Assembly: GCA_012295275.1 (NCBI GenBank)
Contig: CM022675.1
Span: 11,780,001 to 11,844,000 of the forward strand
From: Chrysomallon squamiferum
Taxonomy: Eukaryota; Animalia; Mollusca
Length of the DNA stretch: 64,000 nt
Direction: 5' to 3'
In this document: positions 1 through 41,181 of the stretch, piece by piece
Position numbering within the stretch: position 1 is the first letter of the stretch
Layout of the letters: every line of letters starts with the position of its first letter
Notes under the pieces: model-generated
The model's input: only the letters and a program-made list of their open reading frames with translations
Databases searched by the model: none
What the model was told of the DNA's origin: nothing
Made by a program: the position numbers and the translations under genes

Positions 1-1504
1 CTTATGTATTTATTTAAACGTATTCCATTTGAAATTCTGTTATTTATGATTTGATTTGTGTCATTTAGGTGCTGAATGTTTGGTTTACTTTTTACTAGTG
101 TTACAGTAATTATTAATTATTATTATTATTATTTCTGTTCTTCTACAACCATCTTCATTTAATTCTCAGATGTGAAACTTTAAAAATTTTTGTTTTAATT
201 TTTAATTATTTATTTATTTTTTATTTTATTTTATCTTATTTTATTTATTTATTTATTTATTTTTTATTTTATTTTTTATTACTACATAAAAACAAAAATA
301 AATGCTTGTAAACTTACATAAGGCTTCGGTAATCTGCTAGTAGAATTTTAAAATATTTAAAGTCATAGTGTGAAGATAAAACTGAAAGTGTGTTACAGGC
401 AGTTTCTACTTTTAGCCTGAAAATCAGAGAGAAATTTCAGAAATAATAATTATAATAATAATAAAATGATTGTAATACTATTAATTAATATGTTCGATAT
501 TATCAATGAACTTAAAATTAATTTGTGCAAATTTGTGTAACATTTGAAGATAACGAGATAGTGATAGTGCATTCTGTAGCTTTTTCCTACTCACTGGTTG
601 GCAGAATCTGATTGTGTGCAAGTCTTGTTTCTTTACATTAAAAGAAATGTTTAAGACTAGTATAAATATAACATTTAATGAAAACTTGTTATTATTTATT
701 TCATTTTTTTTGTAAATGTGTCTTATTAAAGGTTGACTGAATGCTTAATGGGAGATATTTAAATACTGGCAGCGAAATACAAATTCTGGAATTTGTCGAA
801 GACACTGCTAGTCACGTTAATATAATGCTTTTTGCTTTAATAACCTTATTTATTTATTTATTTATTTATATGTCTAATATGGCTTTTATTTAGTTTATAA
901 AAGAGCTTTATTTATTTCTTTTATTTTTTGTATTGATTAGAGAACTGATTTGACAAAAAAAAAAAAAAAAAAACAATTAAATTAGGCTGAAGACATCATG
1001 TTTTATTTTGTTACTAAACTTTTGTTTTTTATTTGTATTTGAGAGTAACTGTTTCTAAATAGTATTATTTCACTAGGATGTTTATTTACAAATTGTTTTT
1101 CTATTTAATTATTATTATTTTTTTTTTTTCTCCTAGATATTAGTTATTAAGATAAATATAAATCTGGAGAGCAGATAAAATAAAAAATTATTATCAAAGT
1201 GTACCTCAGTCCTACTACAAATTGATATACTATGTTGATTTCCAAATGGTTGTTTTGTAACTGGTCACCAGACTTTGCTAAAAAAATAAAGTAACAAATC
1301 TGAAATGATGCTTGCCAACTGCTGGTTTTATTATTATTATACATTTTTTTCAATTTTATTTATTTATTTATATTTTTATTATTTTTTTTTTTAATATTTA
1401 ATATAAATACTAATTTAGAAAAAATTAAATTCAGTTAATAATAATAAGAATAAGAATAATAAATTCCATCAATTTGAGAGACTTGTAAATCATTAAAAAA
1501 TATA

Positions 1505-1536
<32 letters not shown>

Positions 1537-3164
1537 CATATATGGTATTATGGTCAATCTGTTAGGAATTTTTTTCATTTCAATGGTACAAAATGAAGAG
1601 TACATAATATAAAAAGACCAGCTCCTTCTTTCTTTATATTTTGATTACAAACAAACAAACTAATGAATATCGCCAACAAAAAAGCATGAAAGTGGGCAAA
1701 ATATATTTATCACTATTCCTTTCCACGACAAGCATGCTTTAACAATGTTAGATGCTGAATCTGAATTTAATCTATTTGCAGATTAACTATGCCATATCAT
1801 AATTGTTTTTAATAATTGTAACACTGAAGGATTTAATTTAAAATGTTTAATAGTTACTTAATAACAAACAAAAAAAAAAAAAAAAAAATTAAATAAATAA
1901 ATAAATGATAAATAAAAAGAATAAATAAATAAAAAATGGAAGATGATGGACTGTGTGGGTGCAGTTCATTTGTCCACATGGCTTAGTGGATTACTAGTTT
2001 TCCACTGTTCCGGAAAATTTCAAGATCTCATTTCAGACTTTGATGTTTACTTAGACTGGATGACCCAAATAGAAAATAAAAAAAACAAAGAAACAAAACG
2101 AAATTTGCATGAGTGCAGAATACATTTAAACTACTATGTGTGTCAGTATATGTGTATGTGTGTGTGTGTATATAATTATCAGAGGTACACTTTAAACAAA
2201 TTGTTTATATTTTGTGATTTATTATATTTGACTAGTCCTTTTTGATCTCTGAATATTATCATATATATTACTTAAGTGATGGAAATGGGCAAAGGGAACT
2301 CTATGTGTCATACATTTGTAGGCATTAAACATGCTTTTTTCTCTCTCTCTTTATAGATATATATATATATATTCTGGGCTTATTTCATACTGAAATTAAC
2401 TGGTAAACAAAAGTTTTTGAAACTTGAATAATGTTTAATATTTTATAAACATACCTGCTGCAACCAACATTTTGCTTTGATTGCGAATAAATTCCAACAA
2501 ATGTTTATTTTAATACAGTACAAAATCTCTTAGAAATTGACAAGTCAGTTTATTTATGTGTGTATATATATGTGTGTGTGTGTGTGTATACCTTAAAATA
2601 GGTACAGTATATACCAAACCCTGTTTCCACCACTGGTAATTAATTCTAATTCTGGATAGAATGTGATGGGTTTAATAAAGTTAAAAATGTTCAGTCTCGA
2701 GTCTAAAAATGTTTCCATTGTGATAGAAGCTTGGTTGAAATATTCAACTGTTGATTAACTGTTGAAATGTACGAATAATGGTTGGTTGAAATATATAGTG
2801 GATAATTAGTTTATATATATATATATATATATATTAAACAAATATTTTCTGCTCTTATTTTAATTTTCTTGTTCTGCTATCAGTTATTTTAACAGGAAAA
2901 TCTGAGTTGACCAATAAAACCCAACTAAATAATGTCTGTTAAAAATTGTTTTGGTTTGATTCCCATGTCTAATCAGATTTGAGAAATTGTTTAGTTTCAG
3001 ATTATTACACAAAGATCAAGTGTGTCTGAATTTTCTTCAGTGACATGAAGACCTTGTTTGTTTTGAAGAGGCAAAAATATAATTCACAAAATTAGTTCAG
3101 TTATGCTCTGTTCTTAGTTCAGTTTATCATGGAAATTTTTTATTTTTTTATTTTTAAATTATGT

Positions 3165-3264
<100 letters not shown>

Positions 3265-4145
3265 AAAACATTGCTGTTACAGAAGAAAGTTTGATAAATG
3301 GTTTGATTTAACAAAACTAATAATTTTGTTAAATGGTTTTGGTTTCATGAAAAACTAATAATGGCCTAACAATAATGTAGGAAATAATTTAGATTAAATT
3401 AAATTTTCATTTTTGATTTGATTTATTTATTTATTAGTATTTTATATGTGTGTGAGTGTATTATTATTAGTAGTAGTAGTAGTACTAGTAGTAGTTGTAC
3501 AGCTAGTGTCATATTTATAATACTTCTTCATAAAAATAATGAATTTTCCCTACCAAAACCTTGGTTTTAAAATTAAACATTTGTGTTTCATGAATGTTGC
3601 TAAATTATTATTTTTTTAAATGTTGACATTTTTTATCAATTAAATCATTTAGCCATTTTTCATGAATATAAACAAAACTGCTAAATCCAAAAAGGCTACT
3701 TTTGCTATTATTTGTTTTTTTCTGTCTTAAATTAGAATGGATAAAAAAGTCACAAAAGACTGAGCAATGCAAATAGCACAAACTCATTTTGGTCTTCTTG
3801 GATAAACTTATAAATAAAATTATTAATTTGTAAATATTTGCATAACTGATATGAAATCAGTGAATTGTCAGGGAATTTTGTAAATTTATTAAAACTGTAA
3901 TTTTTGATATGTATATTTTATTGCTTATTAAAAATTATGTTGTGTGTTTTGGTTAACACAAAAAAAGTTCACAGCAGTTTCATTATCAACACGTTTCTTG
4001 CATCTAGTTTGAAATATATTTTGTAAGAAACTGGAACAAATTTTGGCAACTTTTATATTGGAAAGAATTATAGAAATAATACTCCTGATTTTATGTAAAG
4101 TATGTAAACTTTGCTAAATTTATTTAATAGCAAAATAAAAATAAC

Positions 4146-4362
4146 TCTCTCTCTCCCCCCTCTCCTCTCTCTGTGTCTTTCAGTCTGTCTGTTTCTCTCC
4201 CCTGCATGTGTGCATTTGTAAATTATTAAATAACCAGTTGTAAATAACCCTCTCCCCCTCTCTCTGTGTCTTCCAGTCAGTGTCTCTCTTCTCCCACACT
4301 CTCACACACACACTCTCTCTCGTGTGTGCATATTTTAAATTAATATTAAATAACCAGTCGTA
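4146..4362. repeat. Imperfect tandem duplication, two units of about 105-115 bp
   Basis: ctctctctgtgtctt-cagtc..gtgtgca..tattaaataaccagt-gta occurs twice in a row. Confidence 0.7.
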
Positions 4363-4839
4363 TTTAATTCATTTCCATATATATATTTTTATTTCTCAGT
4401 GACAAGATGTAACACTGTGATACTTTATAATTAGCAAAGGTTGGTTATCAGTAACAAATGATTACATTCACTTATTAGGATTATTGCTTCTGCGCTTTAG
4501 TTTGGAAAATAAATAAATAAATTAAACAAAACTGTAATACAAAATAATAAATTTTAAAAAGTGTAAAAAAAAAATAATCTCAGGCTATATTATAGCAAAA
4601 TATTTTCGTACAAGTAATAACAAGATTTTTTTTTTTTTATGTACAATTTATCCATATAAATCAGTTTTGTTATTTTGATATTTAAATACTTTCTTCTCAG
4701 TTATCCATTCTGTCTGATCTGTCTTCATATTTTCTATCACATATAAAATAAATTATTTATTTTGGTGTTATAAAATTTGTCAGTTTTCATGAAGAGCTTG
4801 TCAGACAGCTAAAGTTCCTTTACAAATCCGGTTTTACTT

Positions 4840-13306
<8,467 letters not shown>

Positions 13307-13447
13307 TTTGTCGTATTTTTATTATTATTATTATTATTTTTAAATATTTTAACTTTTCGGGGTAACTAAAACAGACCTGAACCTCACCTCGGCTATACCT
13401 TACACTACTACTACTGTCAATTTCAACCAGCTCCGCTTACCGCCTCC

Positions 13448-13460
13448 GTTGCTAGGAGAC
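13448..13460. promoter_or_regulatory. RFX X-box upstream of TTC25
   Basis: GTTGCTAGGAGAC lies about 140 nt upstream of the ATG at 13306. It fits the imperfect palindromic X-box consensus GTTRCC-N(1-2)-RGYAAC typical of ciliary gene promoters. Confidence 0.75.
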
Positions 13461-14707
13461 GAGATAATCCTGGCAGATCTGAAGCTAACCGTGTGAAAGC
13501 TGCAGTGCGCGAGTAATGAACAAAAAAACAAAAACTCGCGCACGAAAATTTCGGATTAAGAATTACTTCATGAAAATATATCGCGGCATATACGATCAAT
13601 TTATTAGAGAATATATTTAACCTTTTTTACAGCGTCTTTTTCTCCTACTGTTAAAAAAAAAAAATAAAAAATAAAATAAAAAAAACTTTCTCGAATTAGT
13701 TATTTATATTCACTGCTGACATTTTGTTTCATAGACTGGTTATTCATTTCACGCTCCGCTGACGTCGTCTGCTGGTTACGTTGTGTAGTAATCGACCGGA
13801 CCCGAGTCGACTTGTTGATTGGTAGCAACACGAGGACTAACTAGGACCACTTGTGATCCACACAAAAAAGGGATTAGCTGAATAGCAGACGGATTAGGTA
13901 ATAGTAAGAACGTAATTACATTCCGTGTGTGGTGTTATCGCTAGCAGGTTTTTATCAAATTTCAAATGATTTAGAAGTCATCAACAACAACACCGACAAC
14001 AACAGCATCATCATCATCATCATCAACAGCGACAACAACATCATCAACAACTACAGTAATAATAATAATAATAATAATCATAATCATAATCATCATCACA
14101 AGAACAACAATAGAGTAATAATGACGATAGCAACAATGATGATGACGGTGATGATGATGATGATGATGATGATATCTTGCTTTTTTCCCCAGTAACTAAT
14201 CTACGTTATTAATTTTTTTTAAATAGTAGATTGAGGAAAATGTACTGGAAGTTCAACTAACTACGTCTGTGTTAATACAAAAAAAAAAAAAAAAAAAAAA
14301 AAATCGTTGTCTGTACCTTGTTAAAAATAAGCAAATAAACAAAAAAAAAAAACGATCAAAAATAACTCCGACCCTTCCCCACTCCCCCAAGAAAAAAGAA
14401 AGAAAGAAAAAACAACAAAATAAAATATCTTAATAGGTTTTATTTGCTAAATGCATTAGACATATATTTAAAAAAATAATAATCATCATTAAAATAATCT
14501 CTCTCTCTCTCTCACACTGTCTGTCTGTCTGTCTTCAGAAACTGATTTTCGAATTTAAATTAATCATGTATTTAACTCTTCAGTGTAAAACCCTGAACAT
14601 ACATACGTACATAATTTCACAAAAGAGAAATGTACACGTCATCAATACAGTATACTTTATATCACCTTGTATATTTAATTACTGTGCCCTAATCATTTGA
14701 ACTGAAG

Positions 14708-14876
<169 letters not shown>

Positions 14877-15677
14877 GCACACATACACATATAATTAGTC
14901 AATATATTTACGACAGTCTCAAAGATATGCGTGTAAATTATGTTAGGCATTCATTTTCTAGGCTTATGTACGGTTATGGCTGTTTCTTATTATAGTTAGC
15001 GCCACCTTTAGCCAAACAGTAAAAATTCGCATATAAAAAGATACAAAACAAAATTAACTACATCACTTGCCAGAAATATAATAAGCACTTTTTAAACATT
15101 CATTAGATTGACATATATCAATTGTTTCTAGTGGTCAGCAATTTTTTCTCACTGTTTCTTACATCGGAATTCAAAACGTTGGAATTCAAAAAGTTAATGT
15201 TTAAAATAAAATAAAATAAAATAAAATAAAATAAACAAAAATAAAACCGTTTCCCGTGTATAACGGAATTCCGAAGATCCAGTGTTTACAAACATTCAGA
15301 ATAAAATAACAATTATGCCTGAGGTTTCGTCTGAATAAATTGGAGTAGTTTCAATACGTCGTTTCCACTCGCAAGATTTGAACCAGTAATCATCGGCTAG
15401 CTAACTTCAGAACCATAATCTCCATAAAGCGAGGCGGCATGGGAACTATTAAGCTTATAATAGCACTTTACAGCAAACAGCACGGAAAACAATAAGTGAA
15501 ATAAACTTGTTATTTACTACGTCAAGGACTGTTTTCTTCTTCTTCATTTTTCTCTTGAATACGGGCTCATATTTTGACCCGTTTATTGTTAAAGATTTAT
15601 TCGTACGAAGCCGGCGTCTGCTAAGTCAGAGGTCGCCAGAGGTTAATCGTGCACAGTCCCGCCATCTGGTGACAATT

Positions 15678-32437
<16,760 letters not shown>

Positions 32438-32607
32438 CGTCCTCGTTTTGTAGCTCAACGACACAACAACATCATAATCCTGTCTACGTCTACAGCTACA
32501 ATGTCGTGATGTGTTTCTGAAAATTTCTGAAATATATAATATAAAATAATATGAGGGCGAATGTATTTGTATACTTACATACCTGCATACACCCACACCC
32601 ACACACT

Positions 32608-32657
<50 letters not shown>

Positions 32658-32796
32658 TATATATTCACGTGTTAGGTTAATATGTTATTATAACAATCTA
32701 TATTTTTAATGCACATAGTTTATCTTTATTTTCCTGTCCCCTTTTATTTTATTTTTTTCATTTTCTTTCTTTTCATTCCCTGTCAATCAGTCAATC

Positions 32797-32849
<53 letters not shown>

Positions 32850-33115
32850 TGATGATGAAATTATAAAAAGGAATTAGAAGATAGTTTCAATAATTTAAAA
32901 AAAATAAAAAACGAATAAAATTTGTTATAAAATTAAAAAATTAAACTACATGTCATAAACATCTGTTGTTCGGTTCAAAGCAGTATGCATTTCAAGTAAT
33001 CAGTAAAATAAATACATGGCGGCTGTATATTTTAATGTATATTTGATAAACTCATACACACACATATACACACACACAAACACACACACACACTAATACA
33101 AACACACATCGATAC

Positions 33116-33206
<91 letters not shown>

Positions 33207-33974
33207 TTGAAATTATACATACGTGTGTTAGAACAGAAAATGATAATGTGTCCTGTTTATATTTTTTGTATAATTTACGAAACTTCCATATGTTTCAAAT
33301 ACAATATGGTGATGTAAATAACATCACTCACGAAGTAAATGGAATAATATATTCATCATCCATAATATCATTGGACGAAAAGATGAGAACGTGACGTCAG
33401 CGACATTTACGACCTCTGGTGGAGAGATTTTTCAGTGCACACCAGTTAATTCGCTCTTAAACTAATATTAAATGACATCATTTAAAAATTAATTAATATT
33501 TTTTTAAATTTCAAAATAAATGAATAAAAACTATATACACATTTTAATTATATATATACATTTTAATTAAAAATATTATTTATTTATTTGATTTATTTAA
33601 CTATTTTACGAGCTTATTTTGTTTTACGTTTATTGCGTAAGGTCATTTTTTTTTTTTTTTTTTCTGACACAGTGACGCAAAAGACAATCAAGAACCTGAC
33701 TATTAATAAGAGAAAATAAATTAACTTTGACGTAAAATTCATTTTCGTTACGCGCATGTTGACCGATTTTTCTGCTCATTTATTTATTTATTTATTTATA
33801 TGTCTTGTTTCAAGAACGCCTTTCGTGATAAGAATTAACTCACTATTTAATTAACTCACGTTTAAGTCAACAAAAATATCACCACCACACCCCGACCGTG
33901 AAAAAAAAAAAAAAAAAAATTAAATAAAATAAAAAAAATAAAAAAATAAAAATAATACATAAAATACACCTTCA

Positions 33975-34110
33975 AATAACCAATGACAATAACGACGTCA
34001 TAACGCAACAACCAATCAGAATCAACGAACTCGCGTAACGTACTCGGAAAAGGGAAAACTGTCAACCGCCATATTGAATTTCAAAAATACGTAGATATCG
34101 GAGAAGCGTA
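33975..34110. promoter_or_regulatory. Promoter-like island (two CCAAT boxes, CRE-like site, YY1-like motif)
   Basis: AACCAATGAC near 33978, GACGTCA near 33994, AACCAATCAG near 34010 and CCGCCATATT near 34066, in a CpG-rich patch 1.5 kb upstream of the contactin ATG exon. Confidence 0.4.
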
Positions 34111-34905
34111 CAGTAGAACGAACAAAGTAATGTGTGTACGTTATACAACAGAGACAATTGTTTACCGCGTGTATGCAGAAGGTTATGGGCGTCGTATGGT
34201 ACGGGTCTGTGTCAGTTTTTGTCATTGTTTGTTTGTTTCTCGTTTCTTCCGTATATCGGACACGATTTCGGGGAAAATCTCAAAAATAGAAGTGGGATGG
34301 GTAGGCTAGTTCTTATGGTTAACACTGAATATTTTTATAAAAAAAAAAAAAAAAAAAAAATAAAAATGAAAATAATAAACCCAGCTTTTCAATCAAGTCC
34401 TCAGCATGAGTGCAAAATGAATATATTTATGTAATAGATAATGTTGTCAGTTTTGTAGTGAATATATAATATGCATATATGCGTAAATACATACATAAGT
34501 ACATACGTAATATCTACATACATACTACATATATACATACATACATATATACATACATACTACATATATACATACATACATATCTACATACATACACATC
34601 TACATACATACATACAAACAAACATACATGCATGCATACATACGAACATAGGTATATAAATATACATTCAGACAGACAGACAGAAACAAACTCATATACA
34701 TACATAGATACATGCCCACGTAACTAGATACATTATATACACACACATACATACATACATGCATAATGTAGTTACATGTTTTCAGAAATACACACCACAC
34801 GCAGTTGCATACAAACACCTATATACCTATAAGATACATGTACATTCCTTGTTTTATCATTTTCATTCTTCTTCTTCTTCTTCTTCTTCTTCTTCTTCTT
34901 CTTCT

Positions 34906-34973
<68 letters not shown>

Positions 34974-35569
34974 ATTATTATTATTTTTAAAATTATTATT
35001 ATTATTATTAGTTCCCGAGTTTATATTTTGTCTTATTTGCTATGACAATTTATACGCGATGCTGTGATGGTATTAAATCCTAAGACTGTAAAATATGTTT
35101 GGCCTCTCAGGAAGAGGTTAATGGATAATAAACGATACAGAGAGCCTAGTTCTGTCTCACACTTACGCAGGATTAACCTTCGGAACATAAAAAACACGCC
35201 ACAACAACATAAAACAAAGTAGAATAACAAAACTAATGGACGTGATGAAAAAACCGTAACTAAACCGTTTTAATACACAAAAAGATACGTAATTCGTAAA
35301 TAAAGATGAGAAACTCTTTGAGGATATGAGCGCAAAATTGAAAATAATTATCTGCCCTATCTATTTGTATTTGATATTATTAACGGTTCATATATATATA
35401 TATACATACATATAAACGTACCGATGTAGTAATATATATATATACATACATAAACACATGTACAAATACATGTATGCGCAAAAAACTTGGATACGCAAAT
35501 ACGTAGATTTGAAATACATATATAAACACATACGGACATACATACCGCCACTCACATAAATATACATAC

Positions 35570-35662
35570 ACGTACATACATACATACATACATACATACA
35601 TACATACATACATACATACATACATACATACATACATACATACATACATGCATACATACATA
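35570..35662. repeat. (ATAC)n tetranucleotide microsatellite
   Basis: Seen directly; a degenerate related tract lies at 34485-34765. Confidence 0.95.
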
Positions 35663-36199
35663 TAGTATATAAATACAAACATATATATCTGTAAACGTAC
35701 AAATATACTCTGATGGATACGAACATACAAAAATACAGGCACACATACACCCAGCTAAATAAATAAATAAATATACATGCATATACACACACACACACAC
35801 ACATACACACATCTGTATAAAAACACACACATAACGTTTACACATTCACACATACACATGCTGCACAGAAATATTAAATCAACACGAGTCAATGAAATAC
35901 TTAATCGCAGCTGGAAATATTAAATCATTGTTAAATCAGACGTCCTTCAACTTAAAACTCTGCCTGCTGGGATGGAGTACGATAATCATATTTGTTTCTT
36001 TATTCAGAGGTGAACGACCCTCGTCGAATTTTCTTTCATCTTCAAGGTGATCTAATATTGTAAGCAATTCATTGAATATGTGATGAAAATCTTTATTTGA
36101 TTTGTCGGAAAAGTAAACAAGTCAAGTCTGGACTTCAGATGGACCAAAGTGGACACTGTTTTAGCCAGCGGCTGGACATCGATTGTATCGTTTTGTTTC

Positions 36200-36241
36200 T
36201 TAATCCAAGTGACCTTCGATGACCTTTCCCGGGTTAATCCG
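36200..36241. promoter_or_regulatory. Perfect DR4 nuclear-receptor element flanked by two TAATCC homeodomain sites
   Basis: TGACCT-tcga-TGACCT at 36210-36225, with TAATCC at 36201 and 36235. Confidence 0.35.
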
Positions 36242-36566
36242 TTGTGTGATTTTTTAACACAGCCCACAAAGGGTTTAAGCGATTGATTGAAAGCGCAAGT
36301 TTTCTTAATATTGCAAGAGAAAGGGAAAAAAAAAAGAAGACAAACTGATTTTGTGATATGTCACGTGCATTCAGAAAGTAAATACACTCTTCCACAGTTC
36401 TTTTCTCTCTCTCTCATACACACACATACACTCTCACATACACAGACCCACACACAAATAAAAACATAAACACACTCACACTATCACACATCTACCTTTC
36501 TGTTTCTTTCTTTCTATCTTTCCCTATTTCATCCTCATTCTCTCTGTGTTTTCCTTCCTCTGTTTC

Positions 36567-36673
<107 letters not shown>

Positions 36674-36961
36674 TTCTTTAAACCAGGTTAAAATCATCTT
36701 CATAATTAACATTTTAAAAATGTCATTTGTTATTTCCTCATTATCTTGATAAGTGCGGAAAGTGACACATCCTGCTTATAACTGTTATAAGTGACACAAA
36801 TGAAGTAATTTATTACTATTTTGTGAAAGTACAGATACGTTTGTTTACGTCATTCCTTTACACCTGAACCAGCGGCTGAAATCTTTATTTACACAGACGT
36901 GCAATAAAAATGCTTATCCCATCCTCAGAAATTTCATTATCTTTTCTCGTTTTTTTTTCTT

Positions 36962-37042
<81 letters not shown>

Positions 37043-37259
37043 CTCTGTTTTCCTCTCCTTTTTCTCTCTTTCTCCCTCTTTCTATCTCTTTTTCTGCTGT
37101 CGCTCCCCATTGCTCCTTCTCCCTCCTCCCTCCTCGGTCTCCCTTCTCCCCCGGTCTCCCTCCTACCCATTTCTCTCTCCCTTCCCTTTCTTTATAAAAT
37201 GTTTATTAAGAAGAATTCGTCTATTTCCTCAACTACTGTCAGGATTGTTGCTGCCGCTT

Positions 37260-37560
37260 CCTCTACTACTGCTACTACTTCTACTACTACAACTACTACT
37301 ACAACTACTGCTACTACTACTGCTACTATTATTACTACTACTACTACTGCTACTACTTCTACTACTACAACTACTGCTACTACTATTACTGCTACTATTA
37401 CTATTGCTACTACTGCTACATTTACTACTACTACTGCTAATACTATAACAACAACTACTACTGCTGCTGCTACTACTACTACTGCTAATGCTACTGCTAC
37501 TATTACTACTACTACTATTGCTACTACTGTTGCTACTACTACTGCTACTGCTACTACTAT

Positions 37561-37597
<37 letters not shown>

Positions 37598-37640
37598 GCT
37601 ACTGCTACTGCTACTATTACTACTACTACTACTAATATTG

Positions 37641-37675
<35 letters not shown>

Positions 37676-37678
37676 GTT
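37260..37678. repeat. (ACT/GCT)n microsatellite
   Basis: Seen directly; it is the source of the poly-Thr and poly-Leu spurious ORFs. Confidence 0.97.
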
Positions 37679-38371
37679 ATTTTAACGCAATCGTCATCGC
37701 CTTCTTTATCATCATACCTATAATGTATTCATGATTAAACCGAAGGGAAGAAAAACAAAAAAAATAAAGGTTAATTAAGATTATTTTTATGATTATTATT
37801 ATTATTATTAATAAACTGCTACCAGTACCCAGTACCTCCGTAATTAAAGTTTGATTACGACTTACGAATATAATTCGTATTAAAACAACCTAGCTTTATT
37901 TGATTTGTCACCAGCGAACGCAGATTAATCATACAGTGACGTCATTACCACAGAGAAAGAAACACTAGCACTCTGTGCATGGCATCTCGCCGTACGTCAT
38001 GTGACCTCAAACAAAGATCATGACCTTTTTGTTCTTGTGGCAGACGCCAACTGGCGTAGTGCCACTTCAGCAGAATAAATGTTCTTGCGCGCCGGGAATA
38101 AGTACCTCCATATATCATAACTTCATGATTATCGTTTAAGTTATTATTCTGTATATTAGTACTAGTGTGTAATATACGATAGGGTATAGTATTCGTATGA
38201 TTTATTTAGACACTTATTCCTTACCGTTTTATTTACTCTGATTAAAACTAAGATGCTAATATTTTATATAAATATAAAAATTCGGCGTGAATTAACCTTA
38301 TTTTATTGTTAACGCTAACATATAAAGTGAGGTTATTAGAACTTGTTTCTTTGCGTGTGCCTGGGTTTTTT

Positions 38372-38454
<83 letters not shown>

Positions 38455-38857
38455 GAGAATCTTTAGAAAATGAAGATAGATGGTCAGACATGAGCAGATA
38501 TGTGGATGGATGCATGGTTAGATGAATAGATGGACAGACAAATAGACAGACACGCAGACTGATAAACAAAGATTTTAAAAATATTAAGCCATATCATTCA
38601 GTAATTAACAGAATAATCTACTTAATACTTTATATTTTCTCCTTTATTTATTGTAATATAAAATGTCTTTTGAGATAATTTAGCTTTAGAAAATCTGATG
38701 AACGAGTAATTAATTTTGAGTGGCCTGACGTGTGCAGTCAGTGTAATTTTCTTTTTAACAAATGAGTTAAAACGTATGTTTTGTCGTAAGCTTGACATTT
38801 AAAAGATAAATAGAGGGAAGAGAGACAGAGACAGACAGAGAGAGGGAGATAGATAGT

Positions 38858-38929
<72 letters not shown>

Positions 38930-39611
38930 GAGAGAGATGGACACAGAAAGAGAGAGATAAAGACAAGAGATAAAGACAAGAGAGAAAGATAGAGAAAGAG
39001 AGAAAAGAAAGACAAAGAAAGAGAGAGAGAAAGAAAGAAAGACAGAGAGAGAGAAAGAGAGAAAAGAGGAACAAGATTGAAAAAAGAGAGAAGAGAGAGC
39101 AAAGAGAAGAAAGAAAAAGAAAGAGAAAAAGAGAAAAGAAAATAAAAAGAAGAAAAAGAAGAAGAAAATATAAAGAAGAAAAGAAGAAGAAAAGAAAATA
39201 TAAAGAAGAAAAAGAAGAAGAAAAGAAAACGCAGAGGAAGACTGGTACAGATTACATGATAGTTCTAATATCGTTTGATACAGTCACGGATCGATTTGAT
39301 CGGAAAATCGGAAAGATATCTCCGATGAATCGAATTATCTGGTTAAACTGATTATCATTTTCATAAATACATAATCGTACGATGTATTTCAGTGTAATTA
39401 TGAGAATGAGCGAATGAGTAAATGAATAAATAAATAAATGCTTGAAATATTAAAAAATATATTATTCCTAATAAGTTTGTCGACAACAATGGAAATAAGT
39501 CGGTGTTATCCTAAAAAATTCCTGTTATCCTTATTGTTTTAATATTATATTTTATATATTGTATTCTATATTCATGAATTTAAATAAATAGTTTCATTTT
39601 ATTTATTTATT

Positions 39612-39653
<42 letters not shown>

Positions 39654-40538
39654 TTTTTTTTTTTTTTTTTTTTTATTATAATTATTTTCATTTTATTTAT
39701 TTATTTTTAATATTATTATTATTATTATTTTTTGGGGGCTAAATTTTTTACTTTCTTTTTCTTTTCTTTCTTTCTTTCTTTCTTTCTTCCTTCCTTCATT
39801 TCCTCCCTTCATACTCTCTCACCTTTCTATTTTGTAAAGTAATAATATCCAAAAGAAGAAACCCACCCAATTTTTCTCTCCCAGTAATTAACTATTTACC
39901 ATTCATAAACTTGCATTACTACAGCGTACAAGGGAAAAAAAAACAAAATGGCTGGACCAAATTAAAACCGGTCACCGATTTTCTTCACAATGTACCATAT
40001 TCACCGTTCAAACTGCCATTTGCACTTGAAAGTTTTAGAGAATGCACGTTTGAAAATTGTTTATCACGGAAATAGGTACAGTCTTGAAAGGCCGAGTAAT
40101 TTGGATTATGTCCCTTTAATAGACTTGACCTTTTAATTGCTACCGGTTGCAAGATGAAAGAAAAGAGAAACGAAAAAGGACTGTATTAATTATTTGAGCA
40201 CACGATAAAAAAAAAAACATCGACCTTTTGTATGGGATTACTGTTCTGTGAAAGCCGTGCCCAGAGTAATTAAAGAATTTAACGGGTTTCTTCGCAAAAA
40301 CAAGTTTAGAAACATGTGTTTGTTTTGCTGACGTCAGTAAACTAGCGCATTTTTTTTTTTTTAACCCTTTTGTTGAATTGTTTTAGCGCTCTTTTTTTTT
40401 TTCGTTTTTTTTTCTCTTTTATTTTGCTTTCCTTCTGTTTTCTTTTCTTTCTTTTTATTAATATTTCTTTTTTCGTTTTTTTATTTACGAAGAAAATATA
40501 TTTGTTCTAGAGTTCATAGCATTAAGACTGCTGTTCTT

Positions 40539-40572
<34 letters not shown>

Positions 40573-41118
40573 ATCATTAATTCTACCATTTCCGCTACTT
40601 ACTACTACTTCTACTACTACAACTACAACTACAACAACAACAACTACTACTACTACTACTAATAATAATAATATTCTGCTACTCCTGTTTCTACTACCAT
40701 TAATCAACAACAACAACAAAATTAGCTAACTAACTAACTAATTAATTAAATTAATTATCTAATTAATTAACTATCTAATTAACACATTTCATTCCAAAAC
40801 AATTGAGGACCAACAGAATTTATAACATTTCATTCTAAATTCATTAAGGATGAAATCGATGGACAGATGCAGTATAGTAATTACTTTATTTTTAATATAG
40901 TTTATTCTTTGCTTTTCAAGCTAGCCCACTGTGGAACTTTTTTTTTGTTTTTTGTTTTATATTTCCAAGTGAATGTTTTTATTGATCACCAACCTTTGAT
41001 AACAATAAAGTATGTTATAAAATAAGAAAGCGTAATGTTATGTCACATATCCTCGGATATGGGCTTTGGCTGTTTCTAGTTATAGCTAGTGCTTATACAT
41101 AATGTGAAATTCTGTATA

Positions 41119-41181
<63 letters not shown>

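Noticed and set aside
34022-34434. Short ORFs on both strands in the CpG-rich island
   Set aside because: There is no recognisable protein and no supported splice partners; the motif content fits regulatory DNA better.
36008-36046. Possible plus-strand micro-exon (ttcag..caag|gtgatc)
   Set aside because: No compatible neighbouring exons or recognisable peptide were found, and such sites arise often by chance.
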